From assembly GCF_009914755.1 (NCBI RefSeq), contig NC_060944.1: DNA of 64,000 bases. One strand, 5' to 3'. Position 1 is the stretch's first letter. The number at the start of each line of letters is the position of its first letter. A program made the position numbers and the translations under genes. Shown here one piece after another: positions 49,391 through 63,600 of the stretch. The notes beneath the pieces were generated by a model. That model did not search any database and was not told where the DNA came from. It worked only from the letters and a program-made list of their open reading frames with translations. The DNA comes from the human T2T-CHM13v2.0 reference genome, Homo sapiens.

Positions 49391-49735
49391 GGCTGAGCTC
49401 GGTGGCTCACACCTGTAATCCCAGCACTTTGGGAGGCCAAGGCAGGCAGATCGCTTGAGCCCAGGAGTTCAAGACCAGCCCAGGCAGCATAGCGAGACCC
49501 CCCCTCCCCCCGTCTCTACAAAAAAATAGAAACAATGAGCCAGGCATGGTGGAACGTAGTGCGTGGTGCCTGTAGTCTCAGCTACCCAGTTGGCTGAGGT
49601 GGGAGGATCACCTGAGCCCTAGAAGTCGAGGCTTCAGTGAGCCCTTATTGTGCCACTGCACTCCACTCTAGGTGACAGAGCGAGACAGGTCCTGTCTCGA
49701 AAAGAAAGAAGAAGAATTAAAAAAAGTGATTAGAT
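49391..49735 (+). mobile_element. AluJ
   Basis: Dimer with small insertions. Confidence 0.92.
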
Positions 49736-50970
49736 CCCTTGTGTTTGGGACACTTGTTGGCAGCAGGGATGGTAGCGTTTATGAGGGTTGCATGTAACAT
49801 CGCCTAGCTCAGACATCTGTTTGACTGTCTTCCCCCCTGAAGCGCAGGCTCTGTGAGGGCAGGTCTTTTGTCTTTCTTGTTAATCTTCATATGCTTAGTG
49901 CTTGCCACATAGTTGATGCTCAGTCGATATTTGGATGAATTGAAGGGATTAATGCATTGAATCTGAACCTTGCTTTCTTAATGCATATGGGGAGTTCTTT
50001 GGAAAGCCACACAGAGGAGCTTGGTTGCCTGCTTCCTCTCTTCCCCAGATTGTCTTTTTATTGTTGTGGCTTCACTGAAGCACTCTCACTTCAAATAATT
50101 TTGGGCATTGGTCGTATTTTATTCTTTGTTCCTTCTTCATCCTTACCCCTCAGATGGTATGTAGAAAAGTACACTACATCTAGAAAGTACTTTATAAACT
50201 CATTTGGTTGATAATAATACATATGCCTTTTCCTTGGTCCTGGTAGCAGAATCTTGTGCCACTCTTGGAATACAAACGAAATTCTTAACCAAAGCCAGTT
50301 TCATTTTGATGTTCTATTTTCCTCCCATTCACACTCCAAATTGTGCACCAAAGTATCATCCTAGTTTTGTGAGGATGGTTCTCCATACTTCAGGGTAGGA
50401 GTATCATGTGGATTCCTATGATACCTTTCTCCCTGGGACCATGGAGGGCAGCAGCTGGTGATTGATAGTCTGATTCCCGGTGAGGAAAGCTGTGAGCCTT
50501 CCACTTGCAGATGTCTGCCAACTACATGTGTCCTTAGTCAACTGTACCACTGTCCTCCGGCAAACAGCAGAAGCCCAGGGCCTGAAGTTCTTAAGCTGTC
50601 ATTATGGAAAGCAGAAGGTAAACAAAACAGAAGTGAAAGTAGATTTAATTTTTTAGACTGTTCTCTTACAGGAATGGTTTTGTGGTTCTCAGCATTTTAA
50701 AAAAAATAGTGGTTCCAATATGTTTTATTGACATCAATTACTGTAAGTCTGATTCATTTTCTGCCTATTGATTTCTACCCAAGGTGAAATTCATGACATT
50801 TAACAGAAAGCATAAGTGATTTTTTAAAAGCAGACACTATTAGGGACGGTAAAAATAAGATTTAAAGTCGGGACACTTGAAAAAGCAATTTTTATACCTT
50901 TGGTAACGATTCTATTCTGATTCTTTGTATAAATAATATAAACAAAGGCTCTAGAAGCTTACTATAATGA

Positions 50971-51331
<361 letters not shown>

Positions 51332-52086
51332 TCAGTGGTAGACCACTATGTCAATATGTTGCTTTCACTGACAACAGTATTTTCTTAAAGATAGGATACC
51401 CCATTTCTAGATGAATCTCATTCTAGCTGGAAAATAATTTTTCAGTTCTGAAACTACATCAGGCCTCAGGGAATCAAAACTAGCTATTAGCCACACACAT
51501 ATAAAGTGGCTTTGCTTTATAAACGATTTAGGGTCACCATCAATGACAATGGTCCCTTTTTATTGTATTTTTAAGAGTTTCTTATCTTAAATGGCTGCAT
51601 AACTGTAGAGTTTTAAAAAAATTAAGTAAATGACCATGTTAATGCTCTATTAAGCTTCCAAACAATATTGTAATTTACTTTGAAGATTTTTTTTTATTCT
51701 CAACATCCTGCAGCTTGACCGTTTGCCTCCGTGTCTCAGTGCTGCTTATTTTGAGGTGTGGACTGGAGTCCATCTGTCCCCCTTGCCTCTGAACTGCTCC
51801 GTTTTGTGTTTCGTAATTCTTCATGCTGCATCCTGGGCGCATTTCTCTGTAGTAGCTTTCAATTTGCTCATGCTTTGACTGGGCTTAGTCTAGCGTTTAT
51901 CCTATCTCTTAAGGTTTTTTAAAAAATTTTCATGATTATTCATTTATTTCCAGGATTTCTCATTTCTTCAGTCACATCTCCTTGTTCTGGTTTTACTTCT
52001 TCCTGTTTTTATTCATAACATCTTTTTTATACACGATTCCTTCATGTATTTCTAATCTTAAGTATATTTAATTGCTTATTTGATTC

Positions 52087-52674
52087 TTTTTTTTTTTTAT
52101 TGAGACAGGGTCTTACTCTGCCACCAGGCCGGAGTGCAGTGACATAGTCATAGCTCACTGCAGCCTCAACTACTTGGACTCAAGCGACCTTCCCACCTCA
52201 GCCTCCCAGGTAGCTAGGAATACAGGTGTGAGAGCCGCCACACCCAGCTGATTTGTCTTACTATGTTGCCCAGGCTGGTCTTGAATTCCTGGGCTCATGT
52301 GATCTGCCCTTCTTGGCCTCCTGAAGTGCTGAGATTATAGGTGTGAACCACTGCACCTGGCCAAGTATGTTTATTTATTTATTCTAATTTGAGAGGGAGT
52401 CTCGCTCTGTCGTGCCCAGGCTGTAGTGCAGTGGCACAATCCCAGCTCACTGCAACCTCTGCCTCCTGGGTTCATGCGATTCTCTTGCCTCAGCCTCCTG
52501 AGTACCTGGGGTTACAGTTGCGTGCCACCACACCTAGCTAATTTTTGTGTTTTTAGTACAGGCGGGGTTTTACCCTGTTGGCCAGGCTGGTCTTGAACTT
52601 GTGACCTGAAGTGATCCGCCCGCCTTGGCCTCCCAAAGTGCTGGGATTACAGGCATGAGCCACCACGCTTGGCC
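52087..52674 (-). mobile_element. Two tandem Alus (AluJ 52087-52362; AluS 52369-52674)
   Basis: The second has TSD CCAAGTATGTTTATTT. Confidence 0.93.
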
Positions 52675-55600
52675 CAAGTATGTTTATTTTTAAAGTCCCC
52701 AACAAGCTATACAATAAATTGCATATGGAATGGATTTTTGTTCTAGTTGATTTGTTGGTTATCATTTGTAGAACTAACTAGTTGTCTTCTGTGTTTGATA
52801 CCTTGCTTCTAGGTCATTTTGAGTTGGGAGCCTTTTGTTTTGTTTTTATTCTCATGCTGTTTTTGAGCCTAGCTGTGCCTTTATGGTTTTCTCTAAATTT
52901 AATTGACCATTGTTTTATATTTGGAGCAGTGGGTGTACATCAGAGTGTGAAAGCAGCCCCACCCTCTCCACCAGAAGGTCTCCATGCCAGTTTCACGAAG
53001 CATTTTTCATGCCCTCATTCCTGCCCTTATCCCTTGATTTGTGGGGAGTTTGTAAAGCAGTTGATTGTTTTTTTTCCACGTAGTTTTCCAAGTGCACATA
53101 ATTGTTCTGTTAGTGACTTGTAGCTCCATTATCTATTAACCTTGCCCCAGACCACTGTACAAGCGGACCCAACGCTTCCTCCAGCTGTGGCAGGGACAGT
53201 TACTTGGTATCCTGCTGCCTTTTCAATGCTGACCAGTTTTGCCCCTTCCTCCCCTCAACCCCTGTCTTTCATTCAACTATCACCAAACCAAAAGATTCTG
53301 GTTTGCTTTTTAGTATGTGTTCTTATTCAGTACATAGTCATTTTAAAATTTAAACCAAAACAGACTTGGTACTGATTAGCTTAATTTTAAGCTTTTTCTT
53401 TATTATTAAACAGTGTAGTTTATCTTAGCATTTCATATTAAGTATATGATTTATTTCATATTGCTTATATGAATGTACACATAAATATAATAAAAATATT
53501 TTCCTAAGGTTTTTGTAGTAAATTATATCGTTTCATTAACTTTCATATATAGCATTGCTTTTGACCTGGAAGACATTGAACCTCTGATGATTTGTATATT
53601 CCTCGGAGTATACTTTGTTACATAGAAATTTTCTCATTTATAATGAGATTTGTGATTAACAAAATTTGTTCAACATGCATTACTTTGAAGATCTGGTTTC
53701 TAAAATTTTATGCTAGTTACCCCACCCCCCCTTCTATATATATCTCCCTATTCAGCGACTACTGCAAGAGTTCCAGGAAATGTACACTGTGTGTTCACTT
53801 ACTGCATTTTAAATCATTGCCTTTACTATATTTCTGCATTTCCCTTCAATCTAGCTCTGTCTGTACATTTCTGAAAGCCAGTAGCTTCCCTGAAGAACCA
53901 GGTAACAACCCGAACAATCAAATTAGATAACCATTTGTAGAATGGAGGTTCCGGGAGATCTTAGAAGATGTGATGGGTGCTAAGGGACTTTGTAGTTCCC
54001 TGAAGTTCCAGTGAGTAAAAGGTACCCTTGGAATTTTTTATTCCTTCAGACTTTTAAAACAGAGATCACTTTCAAAAATTACTCTTTCTGCTTTGAATCC
54101 ATGTTTTAGTAACTATTTTGACACTGTTTGGTCAGAAGGCTGTGTGGGTCAACTGCAAATAAATAAAATAAATGTGATTTCAGTAATTTCCATTTTGTAA
54201 CAAGTAATTGAGAAAATAGGATTGGATCAGATATTTGCTTATACACATTCCCTTTCAGGAGCACTTCTGTTCTATAAAGAATGTTGGTATATTGTTAAGG
54301 ACACTTCAAGCTTTGGGAACCTTTGAAGTATCCATTGATTCAGTTAACAAAATTATGTTGAGTGCCTACCCTGGGCCTGGGCCTGTGTTAGGAGGGGACA
54401 CTAAGATGAGAGTCCAAAGCACTTCTTCTCAGACTCCTGGCTGCTAATGGGTTGCTGCCTCTACTTCTTCACTTAGCAGATAGCTTTAAAATGAGTAATG
54501 CATTTTACCATGGAGCCCGTAAGAGACATTCACCCAGTTGTGGACCGAGGAGAAGGGTGTTAAACCCAGATTGTGATGTTTCACTTGATGAAGTGCTTAA
54601 TATAAACATGGAAATATTTCCGCAAGGATAAACTGGCTTTTATGCCTGTGTGTTTTCAGGAGAAATAGAAATCTCTAATCAAATATTGCCAGCTTTTCAC
54701 CCAAGTTTGACTTTTTGCCTAATTGAGTTTGGGAGGTGTCTGAATAATGGATAATGAGCTTTCCTGAATAAATATAAAAATTAATTAACTCCAGGCTCTA
54801 ATTCATTCTGTTACCAGAGTTTTGTAAGCATGTTACCCCTTTGTGTTCATTGGGAGATCATCTGTTACCTTCTTAAATGAGTGGGGAAGGATGGGAAATG
54901 AGGAAGAGCTATAAAAACTATTCAGGTGAAGAAGGTTTCTGCCCCTCCTTGCCCCTTTTAAAATCTCCAGCTCAGCAGATGCTTTGTTTAAACTTGATCA
55001 AGTGCTTGTGAATCTTCCTAGCCTAGCTAAATCATAACTTTGGAAGGACTTGCTTTTTTCTCTCATGACAATGGTTTACCACAGAAATGATTCAGATCAC
55101 TTTGTGTGCCTGATGCCTATGTAAAATGATACAGTGAAATGGAAACCATTTACCTGTAAGCTTTGGGCACACCCAAGCCTGCTTCAGGAGCACATGATCA
55201 GGCGTGCACTCTGGGAGAGCCGTACACATTTGACATCTATGATGTGTGGCGTTTTATTCTATCACATTTCTGAAATCTACACTAAGAGAAAGGAGGCTCT
55301 TAAAAAACCACTGAGGTGTGGACTGGGGGAAGGAGAGATCCGTAAAGAACCTGTTTGTTACCTGTTGATACTATTTCCCATTGGTAAAATTTCTAATTTA
55401 GTGTGATCCAGCCCTGAAATGCTGAGGCACACACTGAATGACTCCTGACATCTTTAGTGTTTTTGTTCAGGGGACTCTTCTGGGAATCTGTTTCATGGCA
55501 AGTTTATTATTCCCTTTTGGTTTGGCTCATCAGTTTACCCAGCAGTCATCTTAATCGGTTTTAAAGGCTTTTATTTTATTTTGTTTTCTCTGTGGAAATT

Positions 55601-56099
55601 TTACACATTCAGTAGATTAGAAGTAGTTATTTAATCTTTGGTTAGCATAATAAAAGATCTTCTAGGGACATTTTTTGCTTGCAGTGGAAGGCTAGTTAAA
55701 TGTGTTCATTAGTCATGAATCTGCTTTTTCTATAGCTGTTGGAAACGTAGCTCCCCTGTGATACAGTTGTAGAATACAGAAATCTCGTTTTGCTGTTACG
55801 GTACGGTAGTCTACTTACTTTCTTCCAAACCATTAATGTTATAGTTACCTTTAATTGCGTAGGTCCTATCACCCCTCAATTTTAAGACTCTAAGCCTGGC
55901 ATTTTATCTTACAAAATGAAATATAAAGACTTGTACTCAGAGTATGTGTGTGTTTTCCATATACCATTCTAAAGTAGAGAAAGATGAGGGATTCGCCAGA
56001 AACTGATTTCTAATAAATTATCCAGAAACTGACCCCTTCTCACCTCTTCTGTTACTGTCACTGTGGTTTCAGCCACAGCATCCTTTGCTGCATTGTTAC

Positions 56100-56840
56100 C
56101 TTAGTTTCCTGACTGTATCCTTCCTTACACCATTGATCCCTGCAATCCCATCTGCGCGTAGCAGCCAGAAGGGATCCACTTACTGCTGTGATCAGAAATC
56201 CTCAGCCAGGTGCAGTGGCTCATGCCTGTAATCTCAGCACTATGGGAGGCTGAGACTGGAGAATTATTTGAGCCCAGGAGTTTGAGACCAGCCTCAAACT
56301 GGGTAATATAATGAGACCTCATCTCTACAAACAGGAAAAAAAAAATTTTTTTTTTTTTTTTAACTAGCCAGGTATAGTGCTAATATACCTGTTCTGGGAT
56401 CCAGCATGCTCTCCCTGACCTGCAGCTTCATCTCCACCACTTTGCCCCTCACTCCCACCACAATGGCTTTCTTCTCTTCCTCAGACATGCCGTGCGTCCT
56501 CCTACCTGGAATATTCCCCTCCAAACATTCCCATGGCTCACTCCCTCACCTTCATCAGATCTCTGTTCCAGTGTCACTTTTACTGGAAGGTCTTTTGTGA
56601 CCATCCTACTTATTATAAAAAAATAATCTGCCCAACCTTCTCCTTTTATTTCCTCTACTTGATTTTTCAATTTAGTACTTATCAGCTGACATATATTTTG
56701 TCTCTCTGTCTCTCTCTGTCTCTCATAGAAGGTAAATTCTATAAAGGAAGGAATTTTTATGTTTGGTTCTTTGCTGTAGCTCCAATATTCAAAACAGTGC
56801 CTGACACACAGTAGGCCCTTTATATTTGTTGAATAAATGT
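56100..56840 (+). mobile_element. L2 3' region with an Alu left arm (56204-56372) inserted
   Basis: CATGGCTCACTCCCTCACCTTCATCAGATCTCTG...AACAGTGCCTGACACACAGTAGG...ATATTTGTTGAATAAATG. Confidence 0.8.
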
Positions 56841-57319
56841 TGACACTCTGATATCTAATTTTTGTCTGGTGACTAATACGAAAACTATAGAGTGATAATA
56901 AAAGCATTACCTTAGTAGACTGGAAAGGGATGAGCGCTAGGATGAACTTTCTGCCTGGCGATCTTGCTGAATTTAGGAGGCAGATTGGGGTTCAAAGGAG
57001 GCTGAAATGGCTAGGATTTGCAGAGCAGGGTACTAAGGATGAGCAGGCTATGACAGAAAGAACTCCAGAAATCTGCAAAGGGATCACCTTGAGTCTGGCT
57101 GGATACAGTGTACACTTTGTAGGGTGTCTCTTCATGAGCTTGGATAAAGAACAACTGTTGGGGAGTGGATAATTCCCAGCACTCATTCAAGCTTGCATCG
57201 GCCAGAACGGAGAGAGACAGACCTCTGTAATACGTAGGATATTTGGTAGAAACATTCAACCGAAAACCATCAGATATGCAAAAAGTAATAATAATAAGTA
57301 AACAATGTGATGCATAGCT

Positions 57320-58036
57320 AGAAGAAAAATCAGACATTAGAAGCAAGCCCAGAAATGACAGATGATAAATTAGCAGATAAGGACATTAAAACAGCTATTA
57401 TAAATAACTTAGCAGATTTAAAGAAAAACAACATAATGAGGATAATGGAAGAAAAACAACCGAATACCATTTCTAAAGAAGAAAAATACAATATCTGAAA
57501 TGAGAATTTAGCTGGATAGGATTAATAGTTTAGGCACTGCAGAAGAAAAAAACAGCATCTATATGAGAATATACCCAAGGGAAGTACAGAGAGGAAAAAA
57601 ATGTGGATTGGGGGGTGCCTCAGTGACATATGGAACAATATTAAACAAGTCTGCCCCCAAAATACTTGAAGGAATAAGGTTCAAGTTTTTTCCAGGTTTA
57701 ATGAAAACTATAAGCCTACAGATTCAAGCATTTCAACAAACCTTCAGCAAAATAAACAAAACCACAGTAGGCCTGGCACACTGTCTCATGCCTGCAATCC
57801 CAGCACTTTGGGAGCCTGAGTCAGGAGGATTGCTTGAGATCTGCTTGGGCAACATAGCCAGACCCTGTCTCTACAAAAAATAAAATGAAATAAATTAGCT
57901 GGATGTGGAGGTCCACACCTGTAACTCTAGCTAGCCTGGAGGCTAAGAAGGGAGGATTGCCTGAGCCCAGTAGTTCAAGGCTGGAGTGAGCTAGGACTGC
58001 ATCACTGCACTCCAGCCTAGGCAACAGCAAGACCAC

Positions 58037-58068
<32 letters not shown>

Positions 58069-59230
58069 AGGCAGTGAAATAACGACTTATTTGGGGAAAA
58101 AATAAAGGCAGAGAATTTGTTGCCAGCAGACTAGCATAAAAAAAAGGAAGTCCTTGAAACAGAAGAGAAATGATAAAAGATGGAAATTTGGATATATACT
58201 AAAGAATGAGGATTGCTAAAAGTGACATACATAGATAAATATGAAATATATTTTTATTTTAAAATTTATTTAAAGCAAAAATAAAAATACATCATATTTA
58301 TAACATAGAAATAAAAAATGTATGATAATAGCATAAAGGATAAGTGGACAAATGCTGTTGTCGTATTTTTGGTAAAATGCACTATTATTTGAAAGTAGAC
58401 CATCGTGAATTCGATGCATATTGTAAACCAAATAGAACACTAAAAAATGAAAATAAAGAGATATGGCTAATGTGCCAATGGTGGAGATAAGATAGATGCA
58501 AAAAAAGAAAAACATTCAAAAGAAGGCAGAGACAGAGGAAAAAAGGAACAAAGATCAAATGAGTCAAATAGAAAGCAGCTAAACTAGCAATATGGCAGAT
58601 TTAAATCTAGCCATGTCAATAGTTATATTAAATGTAAATGTTCTAAATACCTGAATTAAAGGATGAAGATTGTCAGATTAGATTGAAAAAGCATGACCCA
58701 ACTACATGCTGTCTGTAAGAAATTAGAAAAAGAACAAATTAAATCCAAAGTAAGAAGAAAGGAAATAGAGTAGAAGTTAGTGAAGTATAAAACAAAGAGC
58801 AAAGAAAATCAATTAAATGAAAAGCTGGTTCTTTGTAAAGATCAGTAAAATTGATAAATTTCTAGCTAAACTGGCCAAGAAAAAAGAAAAGACATACAAA
58901 TTAACAGTATCAGGAAGAAAAACAGAGAATTCAAAGGAGTGTAATGCAAACTTTATGCTAGTAAATGCAATAAGTTAGATGGTATGGAAAAAAATGTGAA
59001 CAATACAAAGCAGACTGTGGTTGCCTTTGGTGGCAGTAGCGGGGTGGGAGTGGAAGGTTGAATTGACTGGAACCAGAAGCACAAGTGAACTTTTTGGGGT
59101 GATGGAAATGTTTTGTATCTTGGTTGCATTGATAGTTAAATGGTTGTAGACATTGCTTAAAACTCACTGAACACTTAAGTGGGTATGTTTTATTATTTGT
59201 AAAATATACCTCAAAAGCAGTTTTAAAAAT
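57320..59230 (+). mobile_element. Old L1 (L1ME/MC-like): ORF1 remnant, ORF2 pieces and 3' UTR, internally deleted
   Basis: Endonuclease-start motif TTAAATGTAAATG...GACCCAACTACATGCTGTCTG; KSWFF-KI-KIDK-like segment AGCTGGTTCTTTGTAAAGATCAGTAAAATTGATAAA; 3' end GGGTGATGGAAATGTTTTGTATCTTG...TATACCTCAA. Confidence 0.85.
57769..58065 (+). mobile_element. AluJ ending in (CT)n
   Basis: Degenerate dimer inside the L1; (CT)n at 58038-58065. Confidence 0.88.
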
Positions 59231-59821
59231 GTATTCAAGTACATACTTAAGATCTTTGCATTTTACTCTGAGTATACCTTAATTTTAAAATCTGTTTTTT
59301 AAAAAGTATTATGTAGATACCTTTTATTTTCCCAATGTCTTTATTAAATGACATCTCCACGTTTTGCTTCTTACCTCTATTTTTTTTTTTTTATTTCTCT
59401 GTCTCTCAGGCATGCACACACACACACCAAAAAAAGTACATATGCATAATCCTTTTGGCTGAATAAAATCAGTTGCAACTGTTATTTCGGCCCTTATTTG
59501 CTCCGGGTAAATATTCGTTAGCTGAGTGGTTTATCTGTATCAGATATTTCTTACATCTTCATCCAGTCACACCAGCTGGACTGACCAGATTGTTTTTCAC
59601 TTCAAGGGCAGAATTTGTACTCACTGCTGAATGCTTCCAAATGATACGTAGAATAACAAATTTAAGACTTAGATTTTTACTTTTTCAGGTCTTTTTTTTT
59701 TTTTCTGTGCTGTATAGCATTTCCCTGAAAGCTTAATCTCATCTGTAAGTGATGCAGTGGATGTGTTACTATTGGATTAATTTATTTACTCTTAGGTAGG
59801 TTTGTAATCTGTCATCATGCT

Positions 59822-60144
59822 GTTGTTTTTTTGTGTGGGTTTGTTTTTGGTTTTGAGACAGGGTCTCACTCTGCTGCCCAGGCTGGAGAGGCTAGAGTGC
59901 AGTGATGTGTTTATGGGTCACTGCAGATTCAATCTCCTGGGCTCAAGTGATCTTCCTGCCTCAACCCCTTGTGTAGATGGAAGCACAGGTGCACGCCACC
60001 ACACCCGGCTATTTTTTTAAATGTATTGTAGAGACGAGGCATCATTTTTTTGCCCAAGGCTGATCTTGAACTCCTGGGCTCAAACAATCCTCCCACCTCG
60101 GCTCCCAAAGTGCTGGGATTACAGATGTGAACCACCACTCGAGC
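59822..60144 (-). mobile_element. AluJ
   Basis: Degenerate dimer. Confidence 0.9.
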
Positions 60145-60329
60145 TCCATCATTCTGTTATTAGTTGTTCTCTAGTATGAGTCAAAAACTCTTACCTGCCC
60201 TTTTACAGTTTTATAAATAAGTAAGCAGAATAGCAGAATGTGGACATTTTTTAAATCCAAATTGAATATGCACATGACTCAAGGAGTCAAATAGTACCGT
60301 AATCGGTTTATGATAAAATCCAGTGGTTT

Positions 60330-60738
<409 letters not shown>

Positions 60739-60887
60739 TATGGTGGTTTGCTGTCCCCACCTCAGACCATTTCTCTGGTCTTTCTCATTGACCACCACTC
60801 CCAATCTTTGTTCTGCTGATTGATTACAGCTTGTATATATCTCCATATTTCTAAGCAAAATGTTTATCTTTTTTAAATTTATAAATT

Positions 60888-61057
60888 CTTTTTATTATTT
60901 TTCAGAGACAGGGTCTTAACTCTGTCGCCCAGGCTGGAGTACAGTGGCACCATCGTAGCTCACTGTAGCCTCGAACTCCTGGGCTCAAGCAGTCTTCCTG
61001 CCTCCGCCTCTCAGGTAGCTGAGACTACGCTACAGGCACATACCACCATGCCCAGCT
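60888..61057 (-). mobile_element. FRAM / free right Alu monomer
   Basis: Right monomer only, flanked by TSD CAAAATGTTTATCTTTT. Confidence 0.85.
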
Positions 61058-61338
61058 CAAAATGTTTATCTTTTGATACATTATTCGAGACCATTATTAA
61101 GGTGGATGATTTAGTTTTCTTAAACAGCCATCCCCTTTCTTTTCCTCCCCTCTGCTTCACCGCCCCCATTTTCCCAATGTTTTACCTTTTGGTTAAATCA
61201 GTACTCATTGTTTACATTATTTGCCTCTGCACATAGTCACAGATAGTATTGTACTGTACTGTACTGTGTTTCTTTTTTAAACATTATTTCTGTTGTTAAT
61301 AATTGACTTTTTAATTTTTTTCCTATTTTGTTTTTTAA

Positions 61339-61655
61339 AGAGATGGGGTCTTACTATATTGCCCAGGCTAGAGTTCAGTGGCTCTTCGCGGGCATGATCC
61401 CACTGCTGATCAGTACAGGAATTTCCACCTGCTCCATTTCCAACCTGGACCAGTTCACCCCTTCTTAGGCAACCTGGTGGTCCCCCATTCCCGGGAGGTC
61501 AGCATATTGATGCCAAACTTAGTGCGGACACCTGATCGGCATAACGCATGCAGCCCAGGACTCCTGGGCTCAAGCAGTCCTCCCGGGCTCAAGCAGTCCT
61601 CCCACCTAAGCCTCCCGCGTAGCTGAGACTACAGACACTTGCCACCACACCAGGT
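61339..61655 (-). pseudogene. RN7SL672P: 7SL (SRP) RNA pseudogene, full length including S domain
   Basis: Reverse complement carries 7SL-specific sequence absent from Alu: TATGCCGATCAGGTGTCCGCACTAAGTTTGGCATCAATATG...GACCACCAGGTTGCCTAAG...GGAGCAGG. Identity as 7SL is firm; the symbol number is from memory and unverified. Confidence 0.93.
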
Positions 61656-61656
61656 T

Positions 61657-61789
61657 AATTTTTGTGTTTTTTGTAGAGGTGGGGTTTTGCCATGTTGTCC
61701 AGACTCATCTCAAACTTCTCAGCTCAAGTGAGCCTCCTGCCTCAGCTTCCCAAGTAGCTGGGATTATAGACGCATGCCACCACACCCCA
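61657..61789 (-). mobile_element. FLAM-A-like Alu monomer fused 5' of the 7SL copy
   Basis: rc GGTGTGGTGGCATGCGTCTATAATCCCAGCTACTTGGG...CTCTAC followed by an A-rich linker. Confidence 0.8.
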
Positions 61790-61893
61790 TGATAATTGCC
61801 TTTTTTTTTAATTTGCATAATTTTCTTTGTAGCTTTTGCTAATGTTCCCATATCTTCTTATAGCCTTACAGAATGATTTTCCACAAGATCAGT

Positions 61894-62189
61894 GAGTGCT
61901 GTCCAGTAGACATATAATACAACCCACATACATGATTTTACCTTTTTTTGTAGCCATAGTAAAAAAGGTCAAAAGAAGCAGATGAAATTAATAGTATCTT
62001 TTACTTAACCCAGTTCATTCAAAATGTTATTTCAATAAATGGTCAATATTTAAAATACTTGAGATATTTTGCTTTTATTTATTTCTTTTGTTACTAAGTC
62101 TTCAAAATCCAATGTGTATTTTACACTTACAGAACATCTCTTTTTAGACTGGCCACATGTAGCTCAGGGTTACTGTATTGGACAGAGTG
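61894..62189 (+). mobile_element. MER33 (hAT-Charlie)
   Basis: Terminal inverted repeats GTGCTGTCCA...TGGACAGAG; internal ACTAAGTCTTCAAAATCCAATGTGTATTTTACACTTACAG matches MER33. Confidence 0.85.
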
Positions 62190-62687
62190 GTTTCAGTTTC
62201 AAGTTTTTCCTTGGAGACATCCTACTTGAAATTTCCATTCTCCATGTATCTGGGTGGTTGGTCTATAGACTTGCCACTCACAGCTGTCATCTTGAGACTT
62301 TCTTTGCTTTTCTTCTCTATTGGATATTCAGTTTCCTGGATTTCAGGTCTTCTCATTTTCCTCTAGTAGTTTTGTTAGGTCATGGTTGGTATGGCATGGT
62401 TGGGATAGCGTGTTCACACAGCTATCTCGTGAGTCATACTCCTCCAATCCAGCCTGCTCGCTTCCCGTGTCTGTCATGTAGTTGTCACCCTGCTATCTCT
62501 CCCTCCAGTTTTTGCAGAAATTTCCTTTGTCTTCACTCTTGGTCTTCCTCTCCCATCCCCCATGTATCCTATATCTTTCTCTTTCTTGGTTTATTTCATC
62601 ACTCAGGTGGAAAAGATGCTCCAGTGGATTACTGGGAAAAGGGGGAGCATGGATGATAAAGGTATTGAGACCTTACACGTCAGGGAA

Positions 62688-62943
<256 letters not shown>

Positions 62944-62949
62944 AATGTT

Positions 62950-63600
62950 TTTATTGTCCCTTCTCATTTCATGACTGCTGGGCTAGGTATAGAATTCCAG
63001 AATCATTGTTCTTAGAATCTCGAAGGCATTGCTTCATTGCTGGCCAGCTTTCAGTGTTCTTGCAAAGTCTGAAGCTGTGCTAATCACCTCATCCTTTGAA
63101 AGTGAACTGTTTTTTCTTCCCAGAAACTTACAGAACATTCTCTTTGTCCGCAGAATTCTGGGATTGCAATTACTGTGCCTTAGAATGGGTCTGTTTTTAT
63201 CATTATGAAGAGTACTGGATGGGTCGGGAGGTTTTCTTGAATTACTTCTTGATGTTTTCTTTCCTTGTATTTTTTTGTTTGCTAATTTTCTATTTTTTTT
63301 TCTTGGTTTACTTTCTTGGGCAGGGGGATTTCTTCTACTTATATTTGATTCTTCAGTTGAGCTTGTCATTTTTGCTATCTTGTTTTTAAGTTTCGAGAGA
63401 CATCTTTGTTTTATATAACATTCTGTTCTTAATACATAGATGCAAGATCTTTTCTTTCTGAGTATATTAATATGTATTTGAAATCTTTCTATTCTCTGCA
63501 GTTTGTTTCCCCCAAGGGTTTTTTTTTTTTTCTGGTTTTTGTTTTTTGTTTTTATGTTAGAGACTTTCCTGTTATATCTGGTCATCAGTGGTACCTGCAT
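62950..63600 (-). mobile_element. HAL1/old L1 ORF1 remnant
   Basis: Minus-strand translation has ORF1-like pieces (RPILRH..., ASDFARTLKAGQQ, similar to ASDFSxxTLEARRQW). Confidence 0.6.

Noticed and set aside
56336-56361. A-run followed by T-run palindrome
   Set aside because: Mononucleotide expansion in an Alu linker; no independent support for function.
61339-61655. Functional 7SL gene
   Set aside because: Many substitutions, CpG decay, internal duplication, A-rich tail and TSD mark it as a retropseudogene.
62069-62656. 195-aa ORF
   Set aside because: Starts inside MER33 at a non-ATG codon and runs through T-rich degenerate sequence.
63034-63600. 188-aa lysine-rich minus-strand ORF
   Set aside because: Decayed HAL1/L1 ORF1 remnant with A-rich composition, not an intact gene.
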